Origin: the human T2T-CHM13v2.0 reference genome, Homo sapiens
Direction: 5' to 3'
DNA length: 64,000 nt
NCBI GenBank assembly: GCA_009914755.4
Contig: CP068257.2
Span: 22,528,001 to 22,592,000 of the forward strand
Made by a program: the position numbers and the translations under genes. Positions 52,301-64,000 of the stretch are shown piece after piece. The notes under the pieces were generated by a model. It saw only the letters and a program-made list of their open reading frames with translations. It was not told the origin of the DNA and made no database searches. Position 1 is the first letter of the stretch. Every line of letters starts with the position of its first letter.

Positions 52301-54478
52301 TAAGAACATGTGAGGAATTTGCCTCCCAGTGGTGCAGAATCTTCTGCAGAGTCATGAGTTAGAAAAATAAAGACAATTATGGAGCATATGTCCCTGCAGG
52401 GTGGGAAACCACCTTGCCACCTGTTTGGTTTCTGAGTGGCGTTGGCATTTTGAGGTCAGGGATGTCAAATGAGGGTAGGTTGAACAGAGCGGCTTCAAAG
52501 AGAAATTTTTCTGGTACAATCAGTGAAACAACTGCTGCCTAGATAAACTCTATTCCTTATGAGTGATCTAATGCTATAAAGATTGATACAGTCACATCCA
52601 GTTAAATTTGATGATCATTAGTTTGCGCTGAAGTAAATCCAAAGTGACCCACTGCTCATCAGACCAACTTAAGGTCTCAGAACAAAAAATGCCAGCCTCA
52701 GGTATAAGTGAAATTCTATGGAGAAGCATCGTCTTACAGAGTAGCTCTCCGGCAGGCAGAATCCTAAAAAATCAGATGTGTTATCTAAAGAACTTAATAT
52801 ACTGTAACACACACACACACACACCAAAAACAAATGAATAAACAAAATGGAAGAAAACAAGAGAGGGAGGAAGGAAGGAAAAAGAGAGAAAGCCCATGTA
52901 ACTGACTGCTTTACTACATACTTTATCTTGACAGATGGTTATTTTAGAGAGACGGCCAGAGCTTTGTGCTGTAAGCTGTCCTTTATCTCCTTCCCTAAAA
53001 AGGAACTGCTTCTGCAGTCTTGCTGCTCTTTTCTAATTATTTCATATGGTAGTGTTATTGGTGTTAACATTCGCTATTTATTTCATAGGCTGCCAATAAT
53101 TAGAAAAGATGTCTAAATATAACTCATGTGAGCTACGAAACTATGAACTATGAAAATGGTGAATATGACTTGAACTTCTGGGGCTCTAAAATTTAAAACA
53201 CTTCAAATGGCTGTGACACTTTATATCCGTATATATTCCTCACTTTTTCTTGAAAAAGGGATATGTATGTCTTTGGTGGTATGCATGGCGGTGAGATCAA
53301 CATTTAGGTAGAAGTATATTGGTAATTAGAAAATAAAAGTGTACATAATAATGATTAAAAGTTAAAATGTTTTGAATTAATCTCAACCTCATTCATACAC
53401 CTCCCTAATGTAAAGTTTTTGAGCCCCTACTCCTTTAACTAGATAGTCACAGTTTTAAACATGTCATCCTAGCACCAGAATAAACAATAAAGGGCAATCA
53501 ATCTGAAGACTACCCAATCATATATATGGACTCTGTCACCTTTCTTACAAAATGATATAGCTTAATTATTCACAATGTTTTTTCCAAACTAAGAAACAGA
53601 TATATTATGGCAGTGTGTTGCTGGAGTTATAGCAAACAGACTATGAGGATGCAGTGAAAGCAGAATGCCCTGATGAGCCAGGTGCAAATTAAAGCAATGT
53701 GGGGAAAGTGTTGTGCAGTGAGGCACAAAAGCTGAAAGTGAACTAAGTTGTGAAAAGAAAAAAGAGCATGCGGGTTATAGCTGGGTCATGCAGACCAAGA
53801 AAAACGGAATTTCATGGGTTCTGGTTGTCCAGTTGCTATAGTTGCTTTGAAAACCAGAAGTAGCTGCACTGTTAATCTCTATGAGGCCAGGCTCACTATG
53901 AGTAATGTTCTGGAATAGGCATAAGAGCTGCCTCTTCCTTATTTAGCATTATGCAATCCAAACAACAAAACCTGTTAGTCACTATTTCTTGAAACTAAAA
54001 AATAATAGTAATAAGTAAATAAAAGCAAATTGAGGCAAGTATGCTGTAGAGTGAATTCACAACTGATTTATGATTATTAGTAGGTAGGAAACAAATCAAT
54101 GAGACAGTGATATTTGAGATGAGTCAAGTAAAGATGGTAGAGATAGTCAAGGCAAAGAAAACAGTCCAAGTAAATTTATATAGCATTCTGAAGTTTAGGG
54201 AATTAAAATTACTTTAGTGTAGCTGAGGTACAAAGTTCTAGATACAGCTATTTGAAAGATGTGCTTAGAGATAGAACCAGGGGTCAGATGATGGAGGGGA
54301 TTATATTCCATTCTCTGGAGTTTGTATTTGATGTCTAAAGTAGGGATTATTCACATCTCATACAGGCAAGTGATCTGTCTAAATATGCACTGGAGAAAGA
54401 CACTTTGAAGAGCCCAGTGAAAAATCCAGAAAGGTCACTCTATTCTCTTATAGTACTCCAGGTTATAGATGGATATAT

Positions 54479-54532
54479 TAGGTAGGTGCAAAAGTAATTG
54501 CAGTTTTTTGCCATTAAATGTAATGGCAAAAG
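54479..54532 (+). mobile_element. MADE1/Hsmar1 mariner terminal inverted repeat fragment (5' half)
   Basis: ttaggtaggtgcaaaagtaattgcagttttttgccattaaatgtaatggcaaaag compares with the MADE1 consensus ttaggttggtgcaaaagtaattgcggtttttgccattaaaagtaatggcaaaaacc... It is preceded by TA. The second palindrome half is absent. Confidence 0.8.
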
Positions 54533-57111
54533 AAGTTAGAATTAGCAGACTGAGTAACTGGCTAGATGTGAGAAGTAGAGTAAATAGCGGGCCTAGAATG
54601 ATATTCAGGTTTTGCAGTTGACTGAATAGAGCGGCTGTGCTCAAAGATTGCGAGTAGAGAAAATTTGTTTGGGAGGGAACCAGGTCAAGCAGTAACAGGT
54701 ATGAGTTTGGCCATGTTCCAGTTGTGGTGCAATACACTTAATTCCAAGTGGAATTAAGCTCAGTTACAGCAAACGTTCTGCTTGGCATTTCCACTGAGAT
54801 ATCTGATACACATCACCATACCCTGTTCACAGCTGAATCCTCATTCTGCTTATTTTCTCATTACCCTAAATGGATATAATATCCATGCAAATAAGGGCTG
54901 CATTTGCTTTGTGGACCACTCTATTATCTGCCAAGCATTGTACCAAAGCCCCAAATATCCATATAATAAATCTTTAAATGATAAGTGCATAAAAGAGATA
55001 AAGGCTGAAATTAGAAAGTTGATTGTCACCAGGCTAGAGATGGAAGCTAAAACTTTAGGTGTAAATGAGATTGTTCAGGAATTAAGAATAGTGTGTTCTG
55101 TCTATGTAAAAAATAATATTGTTACATTTCTTTTCCTCCTAGAATACCTGGAATGTAAATCCTAAAGTTAAGGATTCATGAGAATAGGATATTGAAACAT
55201 GTATCTAATGAGCATCAGACAGTGTGCTAGCCACTTTACATATATATGACCCTCACATAAGGTCTCCAAGAGCCTCATCATGTTTTCTTTGATTAATTCA
55301 TACAAATTTTAGAAAAAAATCAGTATTAAAACTTGAATGTATTAATATAAATTTTCTTACAGGACAATGGAAATATATCACATGCAAGTATACAATCTGC
55401 ACCTGATTCAAAAAATAGCTACATCTATTTCAGCAAAAGAGTAAAATAATTTGTTTTGGGAAAGGTTTTGTTTTTAAGTACATTAAGCACTAAAATTTAC
55501 ATCATGTTAAATTTACATGTTTTGCATAAGCCTGGGTTTGACTAGCAATAAAAAACAAAATCCTGCTGTTACAATATCTGAAAAACAATTGTCATAAGAA
55601 AATTTGTAACTGATATTCATGCTTCCATTGCAAAGACATCACTAACAGAATGCAAAGCTGATAGCATAGCTGTATCTCGTATTCAGTTTTGTTCTTGTGA
55701 TATATGATGCTACCTTGCTATGAATCATACTGTGACTCAGACATTACCAATGTGACTACTATTTAGTTTTATATAAGGCTGTATTTTTTTTTCCTTCTAG
55801 TTTTGGTGTGGCCTTTATTTTGCTTATGGCATCCTTTTTTCTAGCTTTACTGAAGTATAATTAAAAAGTAAAGAAATTGTACATATTTTAAGTTGTATCA
55901 AATGATTTGGTATACTTTTACATTGTGAAATGGCTACCACAATCAAACTAATAAGTACATCTATCACCTCACGTACTTTAACTTTTTGTGTGTGTGCCTG
56001 TTGTGAGAACACTCGAGAGCCATTCGCTTAGCAAATTTCATATATAAAATGCATTATTAATTAACTATAGTGACCATAATATACATTAGATTCTCCAAAC
56101 TGATTCGTCTTATTACTGAAATTTTGTACTGTTTGAGCAAAATCTCCCAGTTTCCCGCACACCTTGGCCACTGGCAACACCATTCTGTTTGTGAGTCTGA
56201 CTATTTTAGATTCGATACATAAGTGAGCTCATACAATGTTTATCTTTTTCTGTCTGACTTATTTCGCTTAGCATAACTTTCTCCAGTTTAATCCACCTTG
56301 TCATAAATTACAGGATTTTCTTCATTTTAAATGGTGAATAATACTCCACTGTGCATGCGCGCACACGAGTGTGTGTGTGTACAATTTTAACAATGTATTC
56401 ATACATGGACAGACATGTTTCCATATTTTGGCTGTGGTAAATAAAGAAAATGGTAGTGCACATAACTCATCTTGTTACTAATTTCTTTGCCTTTGGATAT
56501 ATACCTGGAAAGTGTATTGCTGGATTATATGAATATTCTATTCTTAATTTTTTTGAGGAAACTCAATACTGTTTTTCATAATAACTGTGATAATTTACAT
56601 TTCCAACAGCAGTGTATAAGGGTTCTCTTTTCTCCACACTCTTGACAATATTTGTAACTTTTTTTCTTTTTGATAATAATCCTAACAGGTGTGAGGTGAT
56701 ATCTTATGCTTTTGATTTGCATTTCCCTGATGATTAGTGATGTTGAGCAACATTTCTTGTATTTGTTGGTTATTTGTATGTCTTCTTTGAAAAAAATGTC
56801 AACTCAGGTCCTTTGCCTTTTTTTTTTTAATTTCATCACCTCAAATATTTATCATTTCTGTGTTGTGAAAACATTTAAAATCCTCTGTTTTACTACTTTG
56901 AAATATATAAGACCTCATTATTAACCATAGTCACCATGTTTTCCAATACATACCAGAACGTACTACTTACATGTAACTGAAACTCTGTGCCCATTGACCA
57001 ATGTGTCCCTTTTCTACATCTACCTTCACTGCTGGCACCCCACACCATTTTCAATCACGTAAATTACTTTATCACTGTTGAGTTTTATGTCTGTCTTATA
57101 TATTTTAAATA

Positions 57112-57244
57112 TTAGCTCCTTATCATGGTTTACCCCTATTGTATGGTTTATTTTGTCTCTATTATATGTTATATTTGCCCCTTATTATATGGTTTGCTCC
57201 TATTATATGGTTTATAATATATTAGCCCTGATATATGGTTTGAA
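57112..57244. repeat. About 18-22-bp minisatellite (about 6 units) inside the old L1
   Basis: ctccttatcatggtttac / ccctattgtatggtttat / tttgtctctattatatgttat / atttgccccttattatatggtttg / ctcctattatatggtttat / aatatattagccctgatatatggtttg. The ORF at 57078-57266 is an artefact. Confidence 0.7.
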
Positions 57245-58653
57245 AACACTTTGTCTCATTGTGTAGGCTGTATTTTTACTTCGTTGTTTCCTTTGCTGTG
57301 CAGAAGCCTTTTCATTTGATGTAGTTCATTTGTTTATTTTTGTTTTGTTGCCTGTGCTTTTGATGTCATATTAAAAAAAATTGCCAAGACTTCAAGGAGC
57401 TTTTACATTTAAATTTTTAATCCATTTCAATTAATTTCTGTGTATGGCGTAAGGTAAGGGCACAATTTTGTTCTTTGACATGTAGCTATCCAATTTTCCT
57501 GGCATAATTCATTGAAGAGACTATCATTTTCCCATTTGGTTTTCGTGATACCCTTGTTAAAGATTAATTTACCATATATGAGGGGAGGCTTTGTTTCTAT
57601 CTATTTTGTTCTATTGGTCTATTTATCTGTTCTTCTGTCAGAACCATACTGTTTTGATTATTATCATTTCATAATATAGTTTAAAGTGAGGATGTTTCTC
57701 CAGCTTTGTTTCTTTATTCAAAATGCTTTGACTATTCATGGTCTTTTGTGGTTCCACAAATGTTTTAGAATTGCTTTTTCTATTTTTGTGAAAAATGCTG
57801 TTAGAGTTTGGATAGGGATTGCATTGAATCCGTAGATTGTTTTGGGTAATACAGACATTTTAACATTATCAGTTCTTCTAGTCCATGTACACAGAATAAC
57901 TTTCCATTAATTTTTGTTTTCTTAAATTTCTTTCATCTTTTTTTGTAGTTTTCAGTTCACAGATCTTTCACTTTGTTGGTTAAATGTGTGCCTAAGTATT
58001 TTATTGTTTTATTAATGCTATTAGGAATAGGATTGTTTTCTTAATTTCTGTTTTGGATAGTTTGCTGTTATGTATAGAAAAACAACATATTTTTTATGTT
58101 GACTTTTTATCCCTCTATTTTATGAATTCTTTTATTCTAAAAGTATTTTGGTAGCATGTTTAGAATTTTTGATATTTAAAATAATATGCTTTGCAAACCA
58201 GAACATTTAACTTCTTCCTTTCTGATTTGGATGTCTTTTTTTTTTTATCTTGCACAGTTGTTCTAAGACTTTCTGTACTATGTTGAATAGAGGTGGTGAG
58301 AGTGGGCATACTTGCCTTGCTCTTGATTTTTGAAGAAAGCTTCTGGCAATTCACCATTAGGTATGATGCTAGTTGTGAGCTTGTCATTGTGGCCTTTATT
58401 ATGTTGAAGTGCATTCCTTTTAAAAATAACTTGCTGAGTTTTTTTTTCATAAAAGATTGTTGAATTTTGAATGTTTTTTTCTGCATCTTTTGATTGAGAT
58501 GATCAATTTTATTATCCGTTCTGTTAAAAAGGTGTATCTTATTTATTGATTTACATATGTTGAACCATCCTTAAATTTCATAGATATGTCCCACTTTATC
58601 ATGGTACATTATTACCTTGTAATAATTTTTTGAATTGAGTTTCCTAGTATTTG

Positions 58654-59237
58654 TGGCTTCTTCACTCCCCTAGTTTGACGAGTGAGAGGGAGTGTTACAG
58701 TTCTTCCACTCTCATAGTTCAGCAAACAGGAGGGAGTGTTACCATCTTTTCACTCCACACGTTCGGCCAGTTCCAAGTTCTTGTGTCACAACCAAGAAGA
58801 ATGAGGGACGTGGACACCAGAAAGTGCATGAGGCAGAGTAGAATTTTATTAAGCAACAGAAAGAAAGCTCTCAGCAATGAGAGACGACCTGAAAGAGGGT
58901 TGCCAGTTGCCAGGCTGAGTCCAGGATTTCTATGGGCTTGGAATGGGGAAATGAGTGCTGATTGATTTATGAGTAGGCTTAGAAAAAGTGCCATTCAGAA
59001 AGAGGAACGATAGTGTAAAGAACCAAGCAGAGACTGAAGTGGAGGCTTGGCCAGGACCCTGGCCTGGGGCCAATCAGGAGCCGAGTAGGAATATAAGTTC
59101 TCACTCCAGTCTGCGGATTCTATCTGGAATTGGTAGTTTGGTTTTCAGGCTTCAGGATGTTGCTGGCTTGAAGGTTGAGTTTTGCCAGGGACCCATCACA
59201 ATCTGCCTAGGAATTTGTCTGCCTCTGATTGCTGTCA
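58654..59237 (+). mobile_element. ERV (class I-like) solo LTR, about 584 bp, TG...CA termini, inserted in the old L1 with a 5-bp TSD
   Basis: It starts tggcttcttcactcccctagtttgacgagtgagagggagtgttacagttcttccactctcatagttcagcaaacaggagggagtgttaccatcttttcactcc... The segment ..gaattttattaagcaacagaaagaaagctctcagcaatgagag..gggttgccagttgccaggctgagtcc..gtgctgattgatttatgag.. has an architecture like LTR12 (duplicated gagtgttacag block, 'gattttattgcaaagag', gggttgcc..ctgctgattgg). It ends ..tgattgctgtca. The L1 flanks duplicate atttg (58649-58653) / ttttg (59238-59242). The family name is uncertain. Confidence 0.65.
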
Positions 59238-62200
59238 TTTTGTTGAGGTATATTGCATCTATGTTCACCAAGAATATCAACTTTTAACTTTTTTTTTTTG
59301 TGGTATCCTTACGTTGCTTTGTAATAGGATAATAACAGCTCGGAAAAATCAGTTTGCATGCATCCTTTCCTTTTCAATTTTTTGGAAGAGTTGAAAAGTA
59401 TTTGTGTTAGTTCTTTAAATGGAAGAATTAACCTGTGAATTCACTGTGAACATTCACTTGGTCATGGATTTTTTGTTGTTGTTGTTAGAAGGATTTTTAT
59501 TAAACCTTTAATCTTCTTACTTAATTTTTACTTCAGATTTTCTATTTCTTTATGATTCAGTCTTAGTAGGTAGTATGTTTTAAGAATTTATCTATTTCTT
59601 CTAGGTTATTCAATTATTGGATTATAATTGTTCATAGTAGTTTTTATGATCCTTTGTATTTCTCTGTTATCAGTTGTAAGTTCTCCGTTTTCTTTTATGA
59701 TTTTGAGTCTTCTCTCTTTTCTTAATACAGACATTAAAAGCTATGTACTTCCTTCTTATAACTGCTCTTGATGCATCCAGAAAGTTTTGCTATGTTGTAT
59801 TTCTATTTTTGTCTGTAGATACATTTTGATTTTATTTTTGATTTCTTCTTTAACCTATTGTTTTTCAAGAATATGTTGTTTAATTTCCACATATTTGTGA
59901 AATTTCCAATTTTCCTCCTGTTAACCTATCTCTAGTTTCAAAACATTGTAGAGAAAATTTACCTGATACTACGTTATTCTTCTTAAATTTGTTAATACTT
60001 GCTTTGTGGCCTGCCTACTATTCCTTATTTAGAATCAAAAGCGTTCTTATTTTATCCAAAACCTTCCATATGTATATTTCTGAATTTAAAAAATTGCAAT
60101 AGTAGTTCATTATTCATTGAAATTCTTCAGAGTGTATCAGTAATTAAAGTCTTAAATATTTTTGTAAAAGTAAATAAATCAACATAAGAATGCTATAAAT
60201 GTAGGAGATTCTGGAAATTGTATTCACTGTATGATAATGTTTAACTTTATGTCCACCTATGTTTCTCACACTTAGAGGGAAAAAGCAAGTCTTCTGTTAT
60301 AAAGGTTTCCAAATGCATAAGCTTAGATAATTATTTTTCTTGAGTCTAAAACTTGTTTTTTTACAGATAAATTATTATACAAAAGAGTTGAGGTTTATAA
60401 TTGAAGAACAAGATAGGTTTCAATTCAATTCAAGAGAAATTTTGTTATTTTATTTAGGCTTAGATTGTTATGTGTGTGTGAATATATTTATATAAAAAAA
60501 CTTGAAAATATTATAAAATATACCATCTAAAACACACACAAAAATTGTAATCACGATGTCTAAATGACTCTTTATTTTTAAAAAAAGTATCCAGGAGTCC
60601 AGAGTTTTCCTTTTTTTTTTTTTTTGGTAAGGAGTCAGATACCAAATAATTTAGGCCTTTTAGAAAATATGCTCTTTCTTATGACTGCTTAGCTCTACTG
60701 TTGCAGTTTAAAAGTAGTTAAAACTATTGGCAAATAGAAGGAGTCAACTATGTTTCAATGAATGCATTTAGAGAAACAGACAGCAAGACAGATTTGCCTG
60801 GTGAGTACTATTTTGCTGACCTGTGCTCTAGGATTAGAAATATTTTCTTTTATAGGATGAAAAAACCGAGCATCATATAAATAAAATAAAATGCTTAATG
60901 CATACAACTAGCTAAGTAATGGGAGGCTATGTCAAATCAGTACAGATGATCTCTAGCACATTATAGAGTATTAAAACTCATTTTTCTTTTCACTGCTCCA
61001 TATCTGTGTTAAATTTTATGATGAATAACCTAACTTACATTAAGATGTGCAAATATTTTCTTCCATCGTGTAGCTATACTTCTGGCCCTTGGACTTTTTA
61101 TCTGCAGGATTAAAGACTAGAGACTAGAAAATGCTGCATAAAACAGAAGGTTTCTCTTTTCTTTTATTGTGAGCCATATAACCTTAAATGGAATGTGAAG
61201 AACTCTAAGGTGTTTCATAAAAGCAAATATATTTTATAAGAGATATGGAAAATATGATATACAGAAAGTTCTAAGAATCGGGACAGTTTTGTCTAGAGGA
61301 AAAAGGGCTTACACTGATTTAATTGCAATCTTCAGCATATGAAAATATGTTCTTATTAGAATAGATTCTAGATTTCTTTACGTAGTAGAAATTTTCAAAA
61401 ATGGATTTTGAAAGTTTCAACTAGCAATCACTGTCTCCTTTTAAATATGGGTTTTTAAGAAAATCATTATATTTTATTTTTTTCATCAAATTTTAAGAGA
61501 ATAATATTAGTATATATTAGACATAATACAAAACTGGAAAAAATGCGGTATAGTTCTGATTTTATATCTAACTAGAAATGAAAATTGTGCAAGCTAATTC
61601 ATTGGTGTATTGTTTCTTATTCAGAAAACAGCATCTGTGAGCCAGGTTTTCTCGTTGAATCTAAAATATAATTGTTTCAAAAACTTCTCAGCTAAATACA
61701 GCAAGAAAATATATGTCTTCACTAACACACACAGACACACACATACATACACACACAGTTCAATAAATTCTCTGTAACCATATTCATTTATAAAAAGCTA
61801 AAAAGCTAAATATGAGTTCATACTGATGCCTTCACCTCAAATCCATTACCATATTGACTATTCTGGACAACTTCTTTGCTCGTATTTGTAATATATGTTC
61901 TTAGTCCAATAGTAAGAACCCTGGCTCCCACATCTGCCATCCATTAATTCAATTGTTCAGTTCCAGTATATATGTTTATTGATGTAAGAATTTTTAACCC
62001 ATACCTCTATTGGAAAAATGTTATCAACTAGAGAACAGTACATATGTATTACAAACTAAAATTCATTTCCAAAGTTGCGTAAGATGGCAACTTTTCCCTC
62101 CACTCCCTTCACTGAGGTTGTTTAATACATTTGAAGTGCAGTTATATTCTCTTGTCACAATCTGCATTCCTTCCAAGATCCCATGTTTTTCCAATTATTT

Positions 62201-62786
62201 TTAAATGTTGCATAGATTATTGTTTACTCTTTTTGCTATAGTTTTGTAAGTTTTGACAAATACAAAACTTCTTATATGCAATATTAAAGAATTATACAGA
62301 TTATTTTAACTGCTTTCAAAATCTCTTGCACGTCATCTATTCAGCCTTCCTCCCTTTCTCCTGAATGTATGCCAACCACTGTTACTTCTACCGTTTCTGT
62401 ATTTTTTTCCTTTTCTAGAACACTATATAATTGGAGGTGTATAGTGTGTAGCATTTACACACTGGCTTTCTTCTCATAGCAAATATCCGTTGGTTTCACT
62501 CATTCTTTTCTTGGTTTAATAGCTCATTTATTTTTTCCCTGAAAAACCTTCCATTGAATGAATGGATTGACCACAGTTGGTTTATTCATTAATCTACTGA
62601 AAGACATTTCAGCAAATTCGAATTTTGGACTCTTATAAATAAAGCTGCTATATGCTTTCATATAAAGTGTCTTTATTTGCTTGTTTTTGCTTTGATATTT
62701 CTTGGTTTTGTAGATGTAGGCTTGCAAATTAATAAATACCTGGAAGTGTAATTTTTGGATATTATAGTAAAACTATATTTGGTTTT

Positions 62787-63185
62787 TGTCTTAGTTCATT
62801 TTCTGTTGCTATAACAAAATATCATGGCCTGGGTAATTTGAAAATAAAACAAATTTACTTTCTAAACGTTTGGAAGCTGGGAAGTCCAAGAACATGGTGC
62901 TAGCATCTGCTGAGAGCCTTCTTACTTTGTTATAGTGTGGCAAAAATGCAAGCGAGCATGCAAGAGAGAAAGATTAAATTGGGCCAAATTCCTCTTTCTC
63001 ATGAGCCCTCTTTATTATGAGCTCACTCCCACAATAACTAACCCACTCCTAAGATGGCAGCATTAATGTATTCATGAGATAGAAGCCTTCACAATCTAAC
63101 GACTTCTTAAAGGCTCCACCTCTTCATGCTGTTACGTTGGCAGTTACATTTTAATATGAGTTTTGGAAGAGACATTCAAATCATA
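62787..63185 (-). mobile_element. MaLR solo LTR (THE1/MST-like, older), minus orientation
   Basis: tgtcttagttcattttctgttgctataacaaaatatcatggcctgggtaatttgaaaataaaacaaatttactttc..ggaagtccaagaacatggtgctagcatctgctgagagcc..gcaagagagaaag.. ends at ..gagacattcaaatcata. This is the reverse complement of the ...ttgttatagcagc..ggactaagaca terminus. Confidence 0.75.
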
Positions 63186-63349
63186 GTATCTTTGTAAGAA
63201 ACTGCCACTCTCTTCTAAATTGACTGTACATTTCACTTTCCCACCATCAAGGAATGGAAGTTCATGTCACTCTACATCCTTGACAGCAGTTAATATGGTC
63301 AGTTCTTTGGATTTTAGCTAATCTAATATGTGTGCAGTAATATGTTAAT

Positions 63350-64000
63350 GCTGTGTTACATTGCAATGCTTTGTTGACAAGTGATATTAAACGTATTTTC
63401 ATATGCTTATTTTCAATCTGGATTTTTTTTTCTGGTTAAGTGTGTGTTCATATCTTTTGCCCATAGTGTAATTGTGTTGTTTGATTCTTTATTACTGAGC
63501 TTTCAGAGTTCTTTGAATATTTTTGATATATATTTTTATCTTTTATGTTTTGCAAATGTTTCCCCTTAGTCTGTGATTTGTCTTATCATTTTCTTTACAG
63601 TTTCCTATGCAGAGAGGCAGAGAGTAAACTTTTCATTTTAATAGTGCAATTTACAATTTTTAGTTTCATGGGATAGAGTGTTTGCTGTTATATCTAGAAA
63701 TTCATTACAAAGCCCAAGGTCACCTAGAGCTTCTCCTAGATTTTCTTACAGAAGTTTGATACTTTTGCATTTTGCATTTAGGTCTGAGATCAACCTCACT
63801 TTAATTTTTATAAGAGGTAAATTCTATGTCTGGATTCATTTATTTCTGCATATGAATGTATAATCATTTTAGCATCATTTTTGTAAAGATTATTTTTTCT
63901 CCAATGAATTGGATTTGTTCATTTTCCAACATTTACCCAAATATATTTCTGTGGCCATATGTTTTAGTTTTATGTTCTGTTTCATTGTTCTAGGTGTGTA
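63350..64000 (-). mobile_element. Old L1 ORF2 fragment, minus orientation, runs off the window end
   Basis: ..catatcttttgcccatagtgtaattgtgttgtttgattctttattactgagctttcagagttctttgaatatttttgatatatatt.. and ..ttacaaagcccaaggtcacctagagcttctcctagattttcttacagaagtttgatacttttgcattttgcatttaggtctgagatcaacctcactttaatttttataagaggtaaattc.. are collinear with antisense L1 ORF2. Confidence 0.75.

Larger units (their letters stand above)
55840..60030 (-). mobile_element. Old L1 (L1M/L1PB-like), about 3.6 kb, 3'UTR plus most of ORF2, minus orientation, interrupted by an ERV solo LTR
   Basis: The segment from 55840 is antisense L1 3'UTR (ttttttctagctttactgaagtataattaaaaagtaaagaaattgtacatattttaagttgtatcaaatgatttggtatacttttacattgtgaaatggctaccacaatcaaactaat..). 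It runs through ..ggatatatacctggaaagtgtattgctggattatatgaatattctattcttaatttttttgaggaaactcaatactgtttttcat..gtgtgaggtgatatcttatgcttttgatttgcatttccctgatgattagtgatgttgagcaacatttcttgt.. and ..gttgaataga ggtggtgagagtgggcatacttgccttgctcttgatt.. to ..gttgtttaatttccacatatttgtgaaatttccaattttcctcctgtta. Confidence 0.8.

Noticed and set aside
54782-55165. 127-aa plus-strand ORF.
   Set aside because: Same reasoning: it is isolated, has no recognisable motifs, and lies in AT-rich sequence where an ORF of this size can occur by chance.

Overview
This 64 kb window is primate (human-type) nuclear DNA, not prokaryotic. By eye it is AT-rich, roughly mid-30s percent G+C (estimate, not computed), and CpG-depleted, and it looks like a repeat-dense, gene-poor interval. 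At least 13 Alu copies are present, each with an A-tail (or T-tail on the minus strand) and several with target-site duplications (TSDs). There are at least 8 L1 fragments. Three are young L1PA-like 3' ends carrying a 5' inverted segment, the arrangement expected from twin priming, and two of them sit within 2.2 kb of each other. There are 8-9 MaLR-type solo LTRs (THE1/MST-like, TGT...ACA). One LTR12 (HERV9-type) LTR and one Alu are nested inside an MST LTR. A second ERV solo LTR sits inside an old L1. There is a MADE1/Hsmar1 terminal fragment and many microsatellites: (GATA)n, (TTTC)n, (GT)n, a purine tract and a hyper-expanded (TA/CA)n. I find no convincing protein-coding exon. Every ORF over 100 aa on the supplied track lies inside a repeat (L1 ORF2 remnant, Alu, GC-rich LTR12, microsatellite). 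There is no rRNA or tRNA, no CRISPR array, and no operon-like or prokaryotic gene system. The items worth a second look are structural and listed under findings. Coordinates were read by hand from the numbered sequence and may be off by a few bases. Family names for older LTRs are approximate.
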